Of a DNA stretch of 64,000 bases, positions 1 through 11,242 are shown one piece after another. The notes under the pieces were generated by a model. It did no database searches, was not told where the DNA came from, and saw nothing but the letters and a program-made list of their open reading frames with translations. The DNA is from Felis catus (lineage: Eukaryota). The stretch covers positions 95,296,001-95,360,000 of the forward strand of contig NC_058368.1 in NCBI RefSeq assembly GCF_018350175.1. Reading direction: 5' to 3'. The translations under genes were made by a program, and so were the position numbers. Position 1 is the first letter of the stretch. The number at the start of each line of letters is the position of its first letter.

Positions 1-126
1 ATTCCAAGCAGGCTCCACACTGCCAGCCCAGAGCTCGATGTGGAGCTTGAGCTCAGGAAACCTTGAGATTATGACCTGAGCTGAAACCAAGAGTTGGATG
101 TTTGACTGAACCACCCAGACACTCCC
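1..126 (-). mobile_element. Can-SINE, partial (cut by window start)
   Basis: Reverse complement of SINE head and body (..GAGATTATGACCTGAGC..CCACCCAGACACTCCC). Confidence 0.9.
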
Positions 127-1439
127 TTTGGGTTATTTCCAATTCAGGTTCAGCTCTGCTCCTCCCACTGATCACTTTGCCTCAAAGCTTTTTAGATCCA
201 CAGATGCTCTGAGTGGCCACAAGGTACTTGGGGTGCAGACTGAGAGGGAACCTGGCACCCTGACTCAGCTTTCCACCGGATCCCTGTCCTCCAGCTCCTC
301 CTGTGCAGGCAAATGGAGCTGCCCCCAACAGGCCTGCCTTCCAGACTTCTGGGTCTTGCCTTTGGGGGCCCCTCCTCCTCCTGAGACCATGTGGAAACTA
401 AATTTTATGGTAAAGCCAAAGCATTTACGTTCGGTGTTACAATACCTCATTTGACCTCAAAGCTCCTATCTTTCTGGTGATTTTAGAGACATCAGAACAT
501 TTTCTCTGTTGTCCTTGTTCCAGATGGATCTGTCATAGCCGCTGAATTGGGAACAGAATGGGGGAGCCCCAGCGCTGCTGGCCACCTGCTGTGTGTCAGG
601 AATCCCCAGGGGGTTCAGGACACATCAGAAGCACAGCTCCCAGCTGGATTGGCCAACACTGTTGCTGAACAAACTGGGATAAACTCATCACAGAAGAAGC
701 CAATAACTCAAGAGACGAGGGTTTGGAAAAGAGAAAGGAAGAAATGGATTTTGGGTGCTGGCAGTGGAGGAAGTGGCAGGCTCCAGCCTTAAACACCTGA
801 CCTTTCTGGCCCGCCAGATGGTCACTTATAAAAGGGTTGAAATGCCTGGGAGCAGGCATAGAGCATGTGATCGCGAGCAGGTGTACTATGTGATAAGTTG
901 CGTAGGGTGCGGTCTTCTAGAAATTCCATTGCCATCAGGGCTTTTCTGGTCTGGTGGTTGGAATGTTCTGGTCTTTGAAAAATGTCTCCTTCAATGTCCC
1001 AAGAAAATGTGAGAAGAAATAAGCACAATGGGTTTTAGTTACAGCCTAAGTTGAGCGGTCTTGTCTATTTGTGGTTTTAATTGTTGGAGGCTGTGGTTGA
1101 CACGCTCACCCCAAGGTAATGTGTGCCCTAGGTACTGTGCTAAGTTGCCTAACAGGGGAGTCAGCCCCATCCCCAAAGGAATGACATTTTGCTTCCTCCA
1201 GTAAATTTAACCCCTGATTTATGAGCTTTCCGGGGACTCATCATCTGGCTCTTTCTGGATTTTAAGTTCCTTGCTGGGTTTTTTTTGTAGCCCCTTGGTC
1301 AAAGAAACAAGACAAGCAAGCAAGCTGGAAAAAAAAAAAAATCAAGGTATAAGGAAGTTTGAAAACGAGAGTTTAGTGGCCCTGAACCTCAAAGGGTTTA
1401 TCAAGATTAGCTAGAAAATCAATTACCTTTTAATGAATA

Positions 1440-1575
1440 ATAAGTCTGTGCCGTTCTTACTTAATTCCTTTCAGTCCCTGTGAGTTAGATACTCTGATCT
1501 TCGTAAAGGGTGATCTTAAAGAGCCTAGATGCAAGTAACACGCTTGAGGTCACGCGCGTAGAGTTGGAACTGAAA
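1440..1575 (-). mobile_element. MIR fragment
   Basis: TTAATTCCTTTCAGTCCCTGTGAGTTAGATACT..AAGTAAC..GAGGTCAC resembles the antisense MIR core; highly diverged. Confidence 0.45.
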
Positions 1576-1594
1576 AAGCTGTTCTTCTTTTTCC

Positions 1595-1945
1595 TGCATT
1601 TCACTTGCTGGTCCTTCTGTCTGGAACACTCTTACCCTGAATTCTGACCCTGGCTGGCTCCTTCTTTCCTCCAGGACTCATTTGATGAGGAGCCCGCTCA
1701 GAGGGCAACCACTAGGTCATTCTTGATCGTAACACACCGTGGTAGTGCCCCTGCGTTTACGATTACCTGTCGTTCTTTCTCCTTCTCTTTCGTGTGTGTA
1801 TTTATCTTGTGTGTCTGTCTGCCTCCCCCTGTCCCGAATCCCAACCCACGTTATATGAGCTCTATGATGGCAAGGATCTTTTCTCTCTTGTTTACTGTAT
1901 GCTTGGCATATAGCGTGTGGTCAGTAAAGAGTTGCTCATGGGCTG
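1595..1945 (+). mobile_element. L2 3' end relic
   Basis: TTCACTTGCTGGTCCTTCTGTCTGGAACACTCTT and TGAGCTCTATGATGGCAAGGATC..CTTGGCATATAG..TCAGTAAA match the L2 3' end pattern. Confidence 0.65.
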
Positions 1946-3727
1946 ACGGAGTCCACAGCCTGTAGGCATATAACCACCACTCTGCACTGCCTGTGGGTGC
2001 GTTCTTTTTCCAGGACGTGAATTTGATACAACTCAGCCCATTGTAAATTGAGGTCATGTGACTCAATGAGCAGGCATCACAGGCTCCAAGTTCACAGGTT
2101 CTGTGAATTTTGAGACATTTGCCTGACCTTATGGCTTGACTTCTTCAAAATCAAGACCGCAAAGACAGCACAGTAATGGTTGTTGTCATGGAATACTCAT
2201 CAAGACATTGCTCACCACCAGCATTATTAAATAAAAAATATTACAGTAAGTGATGAGCTCTGAGATGCTCCATTATGAGGTATTTTCTGGAGAGAGGTCT
2301 GGAAAGCCAGAAAAAAACAATGACTCAGCCAGCATTACCTGTGATGCAGAATGCTGGAGTTGAGGATTGCTTTTACATCCAATGGTGACATCACTTAATG
2401 GTACACGAGGCTCCTGTGCCCCACGGGCCCTGTCCATTTGCTAGACAAGATCCTCCAAAGAATTGGATGACATCAAAACTTTGGGAGGTTTGGGGGGCTT
2501 CTCCAGGTCTGCATAATTTAACCAAATCTGAGAGCCCAGCGCTTCTTCTATGCCAAAGATTCCTTCTGTGTGTCAAAAGGATAAGAGAATGAGAGCCTGG
2601 ACAGGCATTTCTTGTCAAGAGCTCTGCACGGCTGGGGAGCACCCTGGTGTCGTGACAATGATTCTTTCCCGGGAGGAACCATCTCTAGGGTCCAAGGCTG
2701 TGCCTGTTGCCAGTGACTGCCTAATGGCTGCTGAATTGTGACTTGCCTTGTCCCTGGTCTCTCCAGGTCCAGCTTACTACTTTGCAGAGCACTTGGGAAC
2801 AAATGGGATCTCATTCTGTTCCAGGATAGCGGCGAGTGACTGATAAATATTTCAGGCTCTAATTTTTTTTTGTTTCTTGTTTCATGGGGATTTACATGCA
2901 CAACTCTCATGATCACACGAGAGTACCTTCAGAGCAGGTATTTCCCAGTTGAACGTCTGCGTCTCTGTATGGGTGACTCTCCAAAAAATACCCTTTTGTC
3001 ATTATGATCTTCAAAGAAGGCAGCCCACATGAACCAGGCGGCAATGTTGGCAGATGCCTCTTATACCGGGGAGGCTGAGTGGCTCCTTTTTGCTGTCAGA
3101 TCAGAAAGCCCCCCTTGGCAGCGGTCTGGCCATGCTGTGCCCGCCCCGCTCACGGTGCAGCACACATTTCTTATTCTGCGAGAGAAGGCCTGTGAAATTG
3201 TCTGCATCAGCGTGAATCCCAGCCCTCATTCCTGTATCCTCCTCGGTCTTTGGCTTTTTTATTCAGAGTGGTTAGGGCATCGACACCTGGGAGCCGTTGG
3301 TATCTATTTTGCAGAAGGAGCCTCGTATTTTATTAATTAATTCATCAGGAAAAAAATGTGCTCTGGTGACTGATTCTCTGGGAGGAAATCCGATGTCTCA
3401 TTAGACATCATTACAGGGGCTTAATACAATTACGTTTGTCACACCAAATGACATTTGACATTATGGTGTGAGAGGTTCTTTCTAAATGGGACATGACTTA
3501 GGCAGATGATAAAACTGGGATGGTCTGTATTTCATCTCCCCCCAAACGGAAATGCAGGTCGATAAGGAAAATGAAAGATAAAAAACCTTGGGGCTTGCTG
3601 GTATCTACTTCGTAACGGACCCAAGGGCACGGTTTACTAAGGTCCCTGGTTTAAGATGATGACTTTAGTGGTGAAAAAAAGGAGGTAGTTAGAAATTATG
3701 TTTTCCTCTCTTAAGATGTCCAAGGGA

Positions 3728-3936
3728 GAGGCGCCTGGGTGGCTCAGTCAGTTAAGCGTCCGGCTTCGGCTCAGGTCATGATCTCACAGCTCGTGGGTTT
3801 GAACCCTGTGTGGGGCTCTGTGCTGGCAGCTCAGAGCCTGGAGCCTGCTTCGGATTCTGTGTCTCCCTCTCTCTCGCTGCCTCGCTCCCACTCACGCTCT
3901 GTCTCGGTCTCAAAAATGAAATAAACATTAAAAAAG
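3728..3936 (+). mobile_element. Can-SINE (feliform SINEC_Fc-like)
   Basis: GGCGCCTGGGTGGCTCAGTC head, CT-rich segment, A-rich tail; TSD TAAGATGTCC at 3712 and 3941. Confidence 0.97.
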
Positions 3937-4353
3937 TTTTTAAGATGTCCCGGGGACCTAAGGAAATCTCTTAAAGCAAAGCTACATAGCACAAAAGGTT
4001 TGACCTAAAAATCACTCCAGTCTCTGCTGATAGGCTCAAGCAAACAAACTTGTGTATCAGGGGCGAGAAAGCGACCTGGTTCCATGAAAGGCGTATCACT
4101 CTGTCAGCGTTCTCCATTCAGTCAGAAGATGCCTCACAAATACTTTCCCTGAGTTTTCGCTGGTCTGTCCTGTTTGCTAACACCTTCACTTCACCCCTTA
4201 TGAGACATTTTGGCCATTCCTTGTTGACATTTCCTTGGGTTTAGGACACAGGATTAATGTTCTTCTGTGAGTAAAGGCTGACCAAAGCCCAAAGCCAAGA
4301 ATGATGGCACATTCAAGGAGTATCTCAGAGATGATGTGCTACAGTGGCTCTGA

Positions 4354-4569
4354 TTTATTGTATTTTTATTTTTATGTATTTATTTTGAGAGAAAGAGAGT
4401 GAGTGAGGGGCAGAGAGAAAGGGAGAGAGAGAGAATCCCAGGCAAGCTTGGCATTATCAGCACAGAGCCCGATGCGGGGCTTGAACCCATGAAACATGAG
4501 ATCATGACCTGAGCCGAGCCAAGAGTTGGATGCTTAACCAAGCAAGCCCCCCCGCCCCCCCAGTGCCCC
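4354..4569 (-). mobile_element. Can-SINE
   Basis: T-rich tail, (GA)n, GAGATCATGACCTGAGCC body. Confidence 0.93.
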
Positions 4570-4584
4570 TGTGAAGAGTAATTC

Positions 4585-4823
4585 TTTCTTTACTTTTAAT
4601 GTTTTATTTATTAAATAGTTTATTTATTAAATAGAGACAGAGACAGAGAAACAGAGCACAAGTGAGGGAGGAGCAGAGAGAGAAGGAGACACAGAATCCG
4701 AAGGAGGCTCCAAGCTCTGAGCTGTCAGCACAGAGCCCGACGCAGGGCTCCAACCACAAACCATGAGATCATGACCCGGGCTGAAGTCAGATGCTTAACC
4801 CACTGAGCCACCCAGGCAACCCC
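4585..4823 (-). mobile_element. Can-SINE (SINEC_Fc-like)
   Basis: Full body in tandem with the preceding SINE; flanked by GTGA(AG/T)AGTAATTCTT copies. Confidence 0.95.
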
Positions 4824-6941
4824 CCCCGCCCCCCCGCCGTGATAGTAATTCTTAAAACCACCCTGTGATAGTAACCCCACCCCGTGATAGTAATTCTTAA
4901 AATCAATTGTTGTTCTGTGCTCTAGACATTTGCTCATGGTAAATAAAGCAAATTTACCATAGCTTTATTTCTTAGCATTAGAAAGAGTAAAATAATTTCT
5001 CTTAAGCAGGTAGGTAGATCTAGCTTAGAATGCTAGAGTTGGGAAAACGTTGGCAGTTTTGGTTAGTCTAATCAGAATTTAAATATAATGAGAAAACTTG
5101 CACTTTCAAGGCTTCTGTTATAAATGCTGTGGTACAGCCGCCAAGATCCATTTGCAAATGAATTCACACCAGCTTTCAAGTCCAGAGGTATTTTAATAAA
5201 GCATGTTTGTTTAAAATAGGCTACACTCCTGGGACCCAACATGTCATATCCACATATTTAGAATTCATCTAGAGATGTCCATTAAAGATAGAGGGGAAAA
5301 TAACCAAGATAAGTCTGGTTGAGAAGGGCACTTGGTTGCCAGCAGGGACCCACCTACTTGTTGGATTTTTCTAACTTGTGGCTCCTTGGCTTCACAGTAG
5401 ATCAGACTGTCTGGAAAGTAAATTGAGTGTCCTACTGGCCTTGGAAGGAGCAGAGGCTGAGCTATTCTGACAAATGTGCTGTAGTCTCAGGGATTCCTTC
5501 TTTGGGAATGTTGTTTTTTTCGAAACGGGCTCTGCACTGACATGTTTAGATGTTCAGGGACATTATTAGTGACCGGTACCCCTGTGGTGAATCTCTGCTC
5601 TAGCTTAAAGCCAAATTCCCTCTCCAGATCCAGAGGGACTGGGGAGAATGGCTTTGCTCAAACCCTACCTTGGACCTCTAGATTTACCTCCTAATGGTTC
5701 AATTCTTGTACCGAGTTCTCTGGAACAAGCTGGAAAGTTCCTCTGCTGCAAGATACCATTATTAGGACAAGAACAACTTTAGGGTTTGCCTAGCCTGAAG
5801 ACCTTTGTGAAAAGTTAGCTTTTAAGCAAATACCCAAAAGCACTTTTTAATGCCACGTTAGCGTGAGAGAATGTCCTGTTCGATGTGTGTGGCCAAACCA
5901 CACTCAGGGACTTTTCCTCGCAGCTCTGAAACCCGGCATGTGGAAGTGATTGTCTGGAGAAGGGAGCTGCTGCAGGCACAGGGTGAAGATTCCATAGCAA
6001 CACCCAAAACCGGTTCTGGAAGCCACGGAACAATTAAGTTCTGTTGTCCAGGAATGCATTCTCAACGCAGCCATTTCCTGAATACCCCAAGAGACTGAAG
6101 AAGAAAAGGCTCAAGGCCAGACTTGAGGGATACCTTTGCTGCTCTGTGCAGACAAGGTTCCTTACTCCCCACCGACGTTTTAAGTGAATGTGTGGCAGTC
6201 ATTCCTGGGCAGTCTACTGAGATCATGTTAGCAGGAGGGGTAAATTCTCTATGACGTTGAATAGTCAACCTCCCAACCTTAGAAACCAGGTTGGAACTGT
6301 AAACCACGACAAAACAGAAAAATCAGTTGGGTGGTGATTTGGTGGTTACGAAAGTCTGAAATTGTCACTGAGAAGGCACAACGCAGTTCTGTGCCGATCT
6401 CCATGGAGTTTCCCCTACGCCAAAATCATTTCAAACGCTTGACATCTCAACCATTAGCAATAGGATAAAGGGGGCCAACTAGACTCTGGGTTACATGACA
6501 AAGTCACCGATTCACCCTTGTGTTCTTTCTCCTTCCACTGTTGTGACGTTCGGGGTGCTGGGTAGACGTGGCTGAACTCAGGTTATTCACTTGTTCACGC
6601 GAGTGTTTGTCATTCTCTTTCTCCATGTCGTCCCTCTGACTGAAACTGGCCTGGGCCTAAGACCAGGGAAAATGGCAGCTCCTAAGATCCTCTGAGAGCT
6701 GAATGTGGAGATGGGATCACTTTGTTGCCTTTCCAAGCTTGAGCCGTCATGTTCCCTTTACTTTGAAGGTAAAACTTGCCTGATAATCCACAGAGTATTT
6801 CCTTCTCTGCAATTTAGATTACTGAGGCTCTCTGGGGACATTTGCACAGGCTGCCATATTGCTTAGAAATAGGTATCTGGCTATACATCTAAATATTCCT
6901 CCTCCCTCCCCTATCTTGTGGACTGTATTTCCCAATTTCAA

Positions 6942-7007
6942 TTTATTTTATTTTATTTTATTTTATTTTATTTTATTTTATTTTATTTTATTTTATTTTA
7001 TTTTATT
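6942..7007. repeat. (TTTTA)n microsatellite
   Basis: About 13 units, derived from the SINE tail. Confidence 0.95.
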
Positions 7008-7241
7008 TTTTTAAGCTTATTTATTTTGAAATCGAGAGAGAGAGAGAGAGAGAGAGCGAGCAAGCAGGTGGAGGAGGGGAAGAGGGAGAGAGGGAGAGAG
7101 GGAGAGAGAAGGAATCCCAAGCAGGCTCCACGGCCATTAATGCAGAGCCCTACACGGAGCTCGAACCCACGAACCGTGAGATCAAGACCTGAGCCGAAAC
7201 CAAGAGTGGGATGCTTAACTGACTGAGCCGCCCAGGTGCCC
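6942..7241 (-). mobile_element. Can-SINE with (TTTTA)n-expanded tail
   Basis: Full body; TSD CCAATT(T/C)CAATTT at about 6932 and 7244. Confidence 0.95.
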
Positions 7242-7599
7242 TACCAATTCCAATTTTAAAACCTGGTAAGAGCCCAGCATCAGTCAGAGACTGACGTTGG
7301 CTACAAGGGCCTATTCATGTAGCCACTGATTTTAGTGTGAGACTTCAAATGGTAAGTTCTTTAGAAGTATTTTAAGTTGATGAATAAAAGCCGACACACT
7401 GGAGGGAGATTTGCCAACCGTGTAAATACATAGGCTTTAAGCCCCCGTACATAAACCAAATATAAATGGAAAGACAATGAGTAATATACACAGACAAAAC
7501 CCCAGTGGATAAGTCATAAAGATCTGACAGCAAGGCCCATATGTCTTTAAAATTCTCAGCTTTTCTACTCTAGTAATGTGTTATTTGTCCCAGGTTTAC

Positions 7600-7720
7600 A
7601 GTTCATTCATTCCACTCAACGTCCTCCTTGGCACCGTTAGGTTTGTCTGCGCGTTTGGGCTTTTGGCAAATGCAGACAGCTCTTGACAAGAAAAGCTTTT
7701 GAGTGTTATTCAGACCCCTG
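7600..7720 (-). mobile_element. L2 3' end relic
   Basis: TTCATTCATTCCACTCAAC start is typical of an antisense L2 tail. Confidence 0.4.
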
Positions 7721-9273
7721 ATGGGCCTCAGAGAGTATAAAACAAGGATTTGTGGCTCTTGAGGGAGGTGGCTCTGTTTGAAGCGAAGGATCTTCGTGCT
7801 TCTTTCCAGTACTTGCATGTGGGGAGCTAATCCCAGAGCCAGGAGAGGCGGTCCCAGCACAGAAACCATGGATCTCCCAGAGGTTTGGGGGAAAGTGAGC
7901 GAGCGTTATCAAGCTGACGAATGGCCTCGGATCATCTACTTGAACACATCCTGAGCTGTGTTTTTCCGATGTCAGATAGTCCCAGATAAACACAAGTTAG
8001 GAACGCTATAAACCGTTGTTCCCTCAGTATCGAATGAAGCGACATACGTGAAAATAGCAAAGAACTGTAAATCACTGTGTAAGATTATTGTGCAGGAAAG
8101 AGAGGCTATGGATACACATTGACTAGGGAAGCCACTATTTCGGGTTGATCGCCGATGAGAAAGCGCTTAGGTTCTTGGAAGATGTGTTTTCATAGCACTG
8201 AGCAAATCTGGACTCTCTGCTTAATGGTCTAGTCGCGTAATACTCAAATGTATCCCATTTTTGTCAGCTCCTCTGACACTGTCATCCCACGCTGTGATCC
8301 CACGCTGCGTCCTGATGCCCCCATCCTACCTTGGAAGGGGACGTGACTTTGAATAGTGCTCACACCTAGAGCCTCCCGCCACTTCCTTTGACTTTGGTGT
8401 GCAAAGACCTTAAGCGTGAGCTGCCAGTGTGTTATTGGTTTGCACGTTAGGGCTGGGAGCCCAGCAGGCACTGACATCGGAAAGGCCCCTGGCGACTCCC
8501 AGGACAGTGACCATCAGGTGGCCAAGCTGTGAGTGATTGCCAGACAAGCCTTCTAAAGCGGTAGCTATTTAGAAGAAGAAGGTGACTCTTCCACCCTAGC
8601 AAGGACAGCACCGTATCTTACAAAAGAGTCTTCACCTTGCTTGGAATTATTCAAGGGGCTCAATAGCTTTGCATAGCAACTGAAAAGCCTTGTTGACAGG
8701 AGCTAAAGGCTTCCGGAAAAGGGAACTGTTCTCTGGGACCGCCACACACAAAGTCATTAACCCCCTGAGGGCAAGTGTGAAATTACACTGCATTGGGGGC
8801 TGGGTTAACTTGTGTGGCCCCATTAAGGCCATTTTCCCCTGCTGGCTGGTAAAGAACTGATCTCTTCCCTCGTTCCGTATAATGAGCGAGCCTGCGGGTC
8901 CGGGGTTGCCAAAACACCACCCAGATGGTTGAGGTTCCGGCATTTTCTGTGCGACCCTGTGGGCTTCTCTGTTACCCTTGGAGCAAGGTTGCGGAATTAG
9001 CTGCTGTGGGAACCCCAGTCTGTCCTTGGTGTTTGAGACTGAGCCCTTCTCACCTGGAGGGGAGGTTTGCGAGGAAATGCAGGTCCCTCCCAACCTCTCC
9101 ACTCTCCCTCCTGCTGACCGAGGAAGGCAGGTCACTGTCTCCTCCTTCTCTGGAGAGGACCTCTCTTATTCCGCAGGGTCCATTTTCATCTAGTATAAAG
9201 AAAGGAGCTGAGTGGGCTAGTTGGGCCATCCTAACAGTCTAACTTGGGACAAGTCACGTCTAAGGACTCAGTC

Positions 9274-9275
<2 letters not shown>

Positions 9276-9307
<32 letters not shown>
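9276..9307. repeat. Poly(A) tract, 32 nt
   Basis: Uninterrupted A run read directly. Confidence 0.95.
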
Positions 9308-9309
<2 letters not shown>

Positions 9310-9669
9310 CTTAGGGACAGGTGTCACTCAAAAACCCAAACAGCTGTGCTGTGCTTTTGGCAGATCTCGAGCCTTGGCAGGGTTAGCTGGGTAAATATCC
9401 ATTATTAAGGAAAGGCCAGGACCTAGAAGTTATAAAAATGTAAATTTAGGCGCTAGCTCTGTGCTTTTTATTTATCTTTTATTTTTATTTGTTTATTTTA
9501 GCAGGGCAACATCAAGCCTGTTTATCAGTTCTGAGCCCTCGTTCCTCTGCTTGTAAACTGGAATGCGTAATGCCTCGCTGATGGAAAAAACTGGAAACAA
9601 GCGAAATACTGCAAATAGGGAAGTAGGTACATAAATTGAGGTACAGCTCTAGGATGGAGAACGTCGCAA

Positions 9670-9985
9670 GCTTGGAAAATCAAGACGTATATGCTGATGT
9701 GGAAAGCTGTCTAGAAATATTAAGTGGATAAGGGCAAGATTTAGAACAATGGGTGTATCACAGGCTTTTGTGTGTGTAAACAAGTTTTTGCAGAGGGAGA
9801 TATGTATCCTAGAATGTGTATCAGCCAGGAGGGGGTTTAGAATTCAGCCATCAGTGAAAAGATGGCTTGGAGGTGAAGGATGGAAAATTAGGTGTCAGGA
9901 GGAAGGTTTACATTTTCTTCTTTACGTATGTTTTCTCTGCTGTTTAAATTTCTGTCCAGGTCCATGTATCCCCCTTGTTTTTAAA
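9670..9985 (+). mobile_element. Ancient L1 (L1ME-like) 3' end relic
   Basis: ..GATGTGGAAAGCTGTCTAGAAATATTAAGTGG..TTTACATTTTC..CTGTTTAAATTT..CATGTAT resembles the L1ME 3' UTR. Confidence 0.5.
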
Positions 9986-10198
9986 ATGGCAACAGAATTT
10001 ATTTGCATAGTGACATTATGGATCTTCCTTTTCCTGTTCTTTTGGATTAGAAAAAACAAAAACCTTACAAACTGGTGTGGAAATTAAGTAACATGTCAAG
10101 TGCCCAAAGCACAGAAGAGGCTTCGTTAATGTTAGGCAAATAACACAGAGGGAAGACCGACCTGAATGTTCTTTCTATAGTCTTCTCTTTAAAAAAAA

Positions 10199-10390
10199 TT
10201 TTTTTTAATGTTTATTTATTTTTGAAAGAGAGACAGAGTGTGAGCAGAGGAGGGGCAGAGAGAGAGGGAGACACAGAATCCGAAGCTCTGAGCTGTCAGC
10301 ACAGAGCCCGATGAGGGGTTCAAACTCACAAGCCATGAGATCGTGACCTGAGCCAAAGTCGGATGCTTCACCAACTGAGCCACCCAGCCC
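10199..10390 (-). mobile_element. Can-SINE with internal deletion
   Basis: SINEC_Fc-like body lacking the AGGCTCCAGGC segment (reads CGAAGCTCTGAGC). Confidence 0.93.
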
Positions 10391-10966
10391 TCTTTTTTTT
10401 TTTTTTTTTTAAGATAGTAATGATTACTGTCTCTTAGATTCCACTTAGTATTTTTGTTGCTATTTATTCGGGAGTGTTTACCGTCTCTTTCTCTGTCACT
10501 TTTAGTTCATAGATGTGACTGTCCTGGATGTGGTGACAGATCTCTGCATTGGACGTAAGACCAGGTTTGCCAACAAATAGTTCGGGACTTGTGGTCGCTT
10601 ACACTTTCTGGGCGTCAGCTTCCTCAACTCTCCGCCAGGAATCCAGATGATGCCTAAGCTCCCGTGAAACTTGAAATGTACATATGCATTTGCTGGCGAG
10701 GTGGAGGTGGCTGAAAAGCAAGAGTGTGAGACAGCGGAGAAATGTCAGAAAGACAAGTTGGAGGTTAGGAAGCAGTTTCCTGAACCGGACCTAATCTGTT
10801 ACAAGCCACATGGCTGCTAGCTCACCCCTCTGCGTCCCAGGCAAGAATTGTGCCGGTGAATCCATAGAAGCTGAGCTCTCTCACTAGTCAAAAAGACTGC
10901 TTAGGGGAAGCTTTATATTTCTTTGGGTTGGGTTTTGTTGGCAGCTTCTTGTTAGGATTTGTTTTA

Positions 10967-11242
10967 TTTATTTTGTAATGCATGTCTTTTTTTTTTTTTA
11001 AGTTTATTTATCTTGAAAGAGAGAGAGCATGAGCGAGTGAGCAGGGGTGGGGCAGAGAGGGAGGGAGGGAGAGAGAGTGAGAGAGAGAGAGAGAGAGGGA
11101 GGGAGGGAGGGAGAATCCCAAACAGGCTTGGCATGGTCAGTGCAGAGCCGGATGCAGGGCTTGAACCCACGCACCATGAGATCATGACCTGAGCCAAAGT
11201 CACGAGTCAGAAGCTTAACCTACTGAGCTCCCCAGACGCCCC
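10967..11242 (-). mobile_element. Can-SINE
   Basis: Full body; TSD-like GATTTGTTTTA at 10956 and 11249. Confidence 0.93.

Noticed and set aside
8508..8526. CTCF-like motif GACCATCAGGTGGCCA
   Set aside because: Single imperfect match that cannot be supported without PWM scoring or ChIP data.
8647..9135. 162-aa minus-strand ORF
   Set aside because: Non-ATG start, no recognisable homology, overlaps MIR-like sequence; this length is expected by chance.
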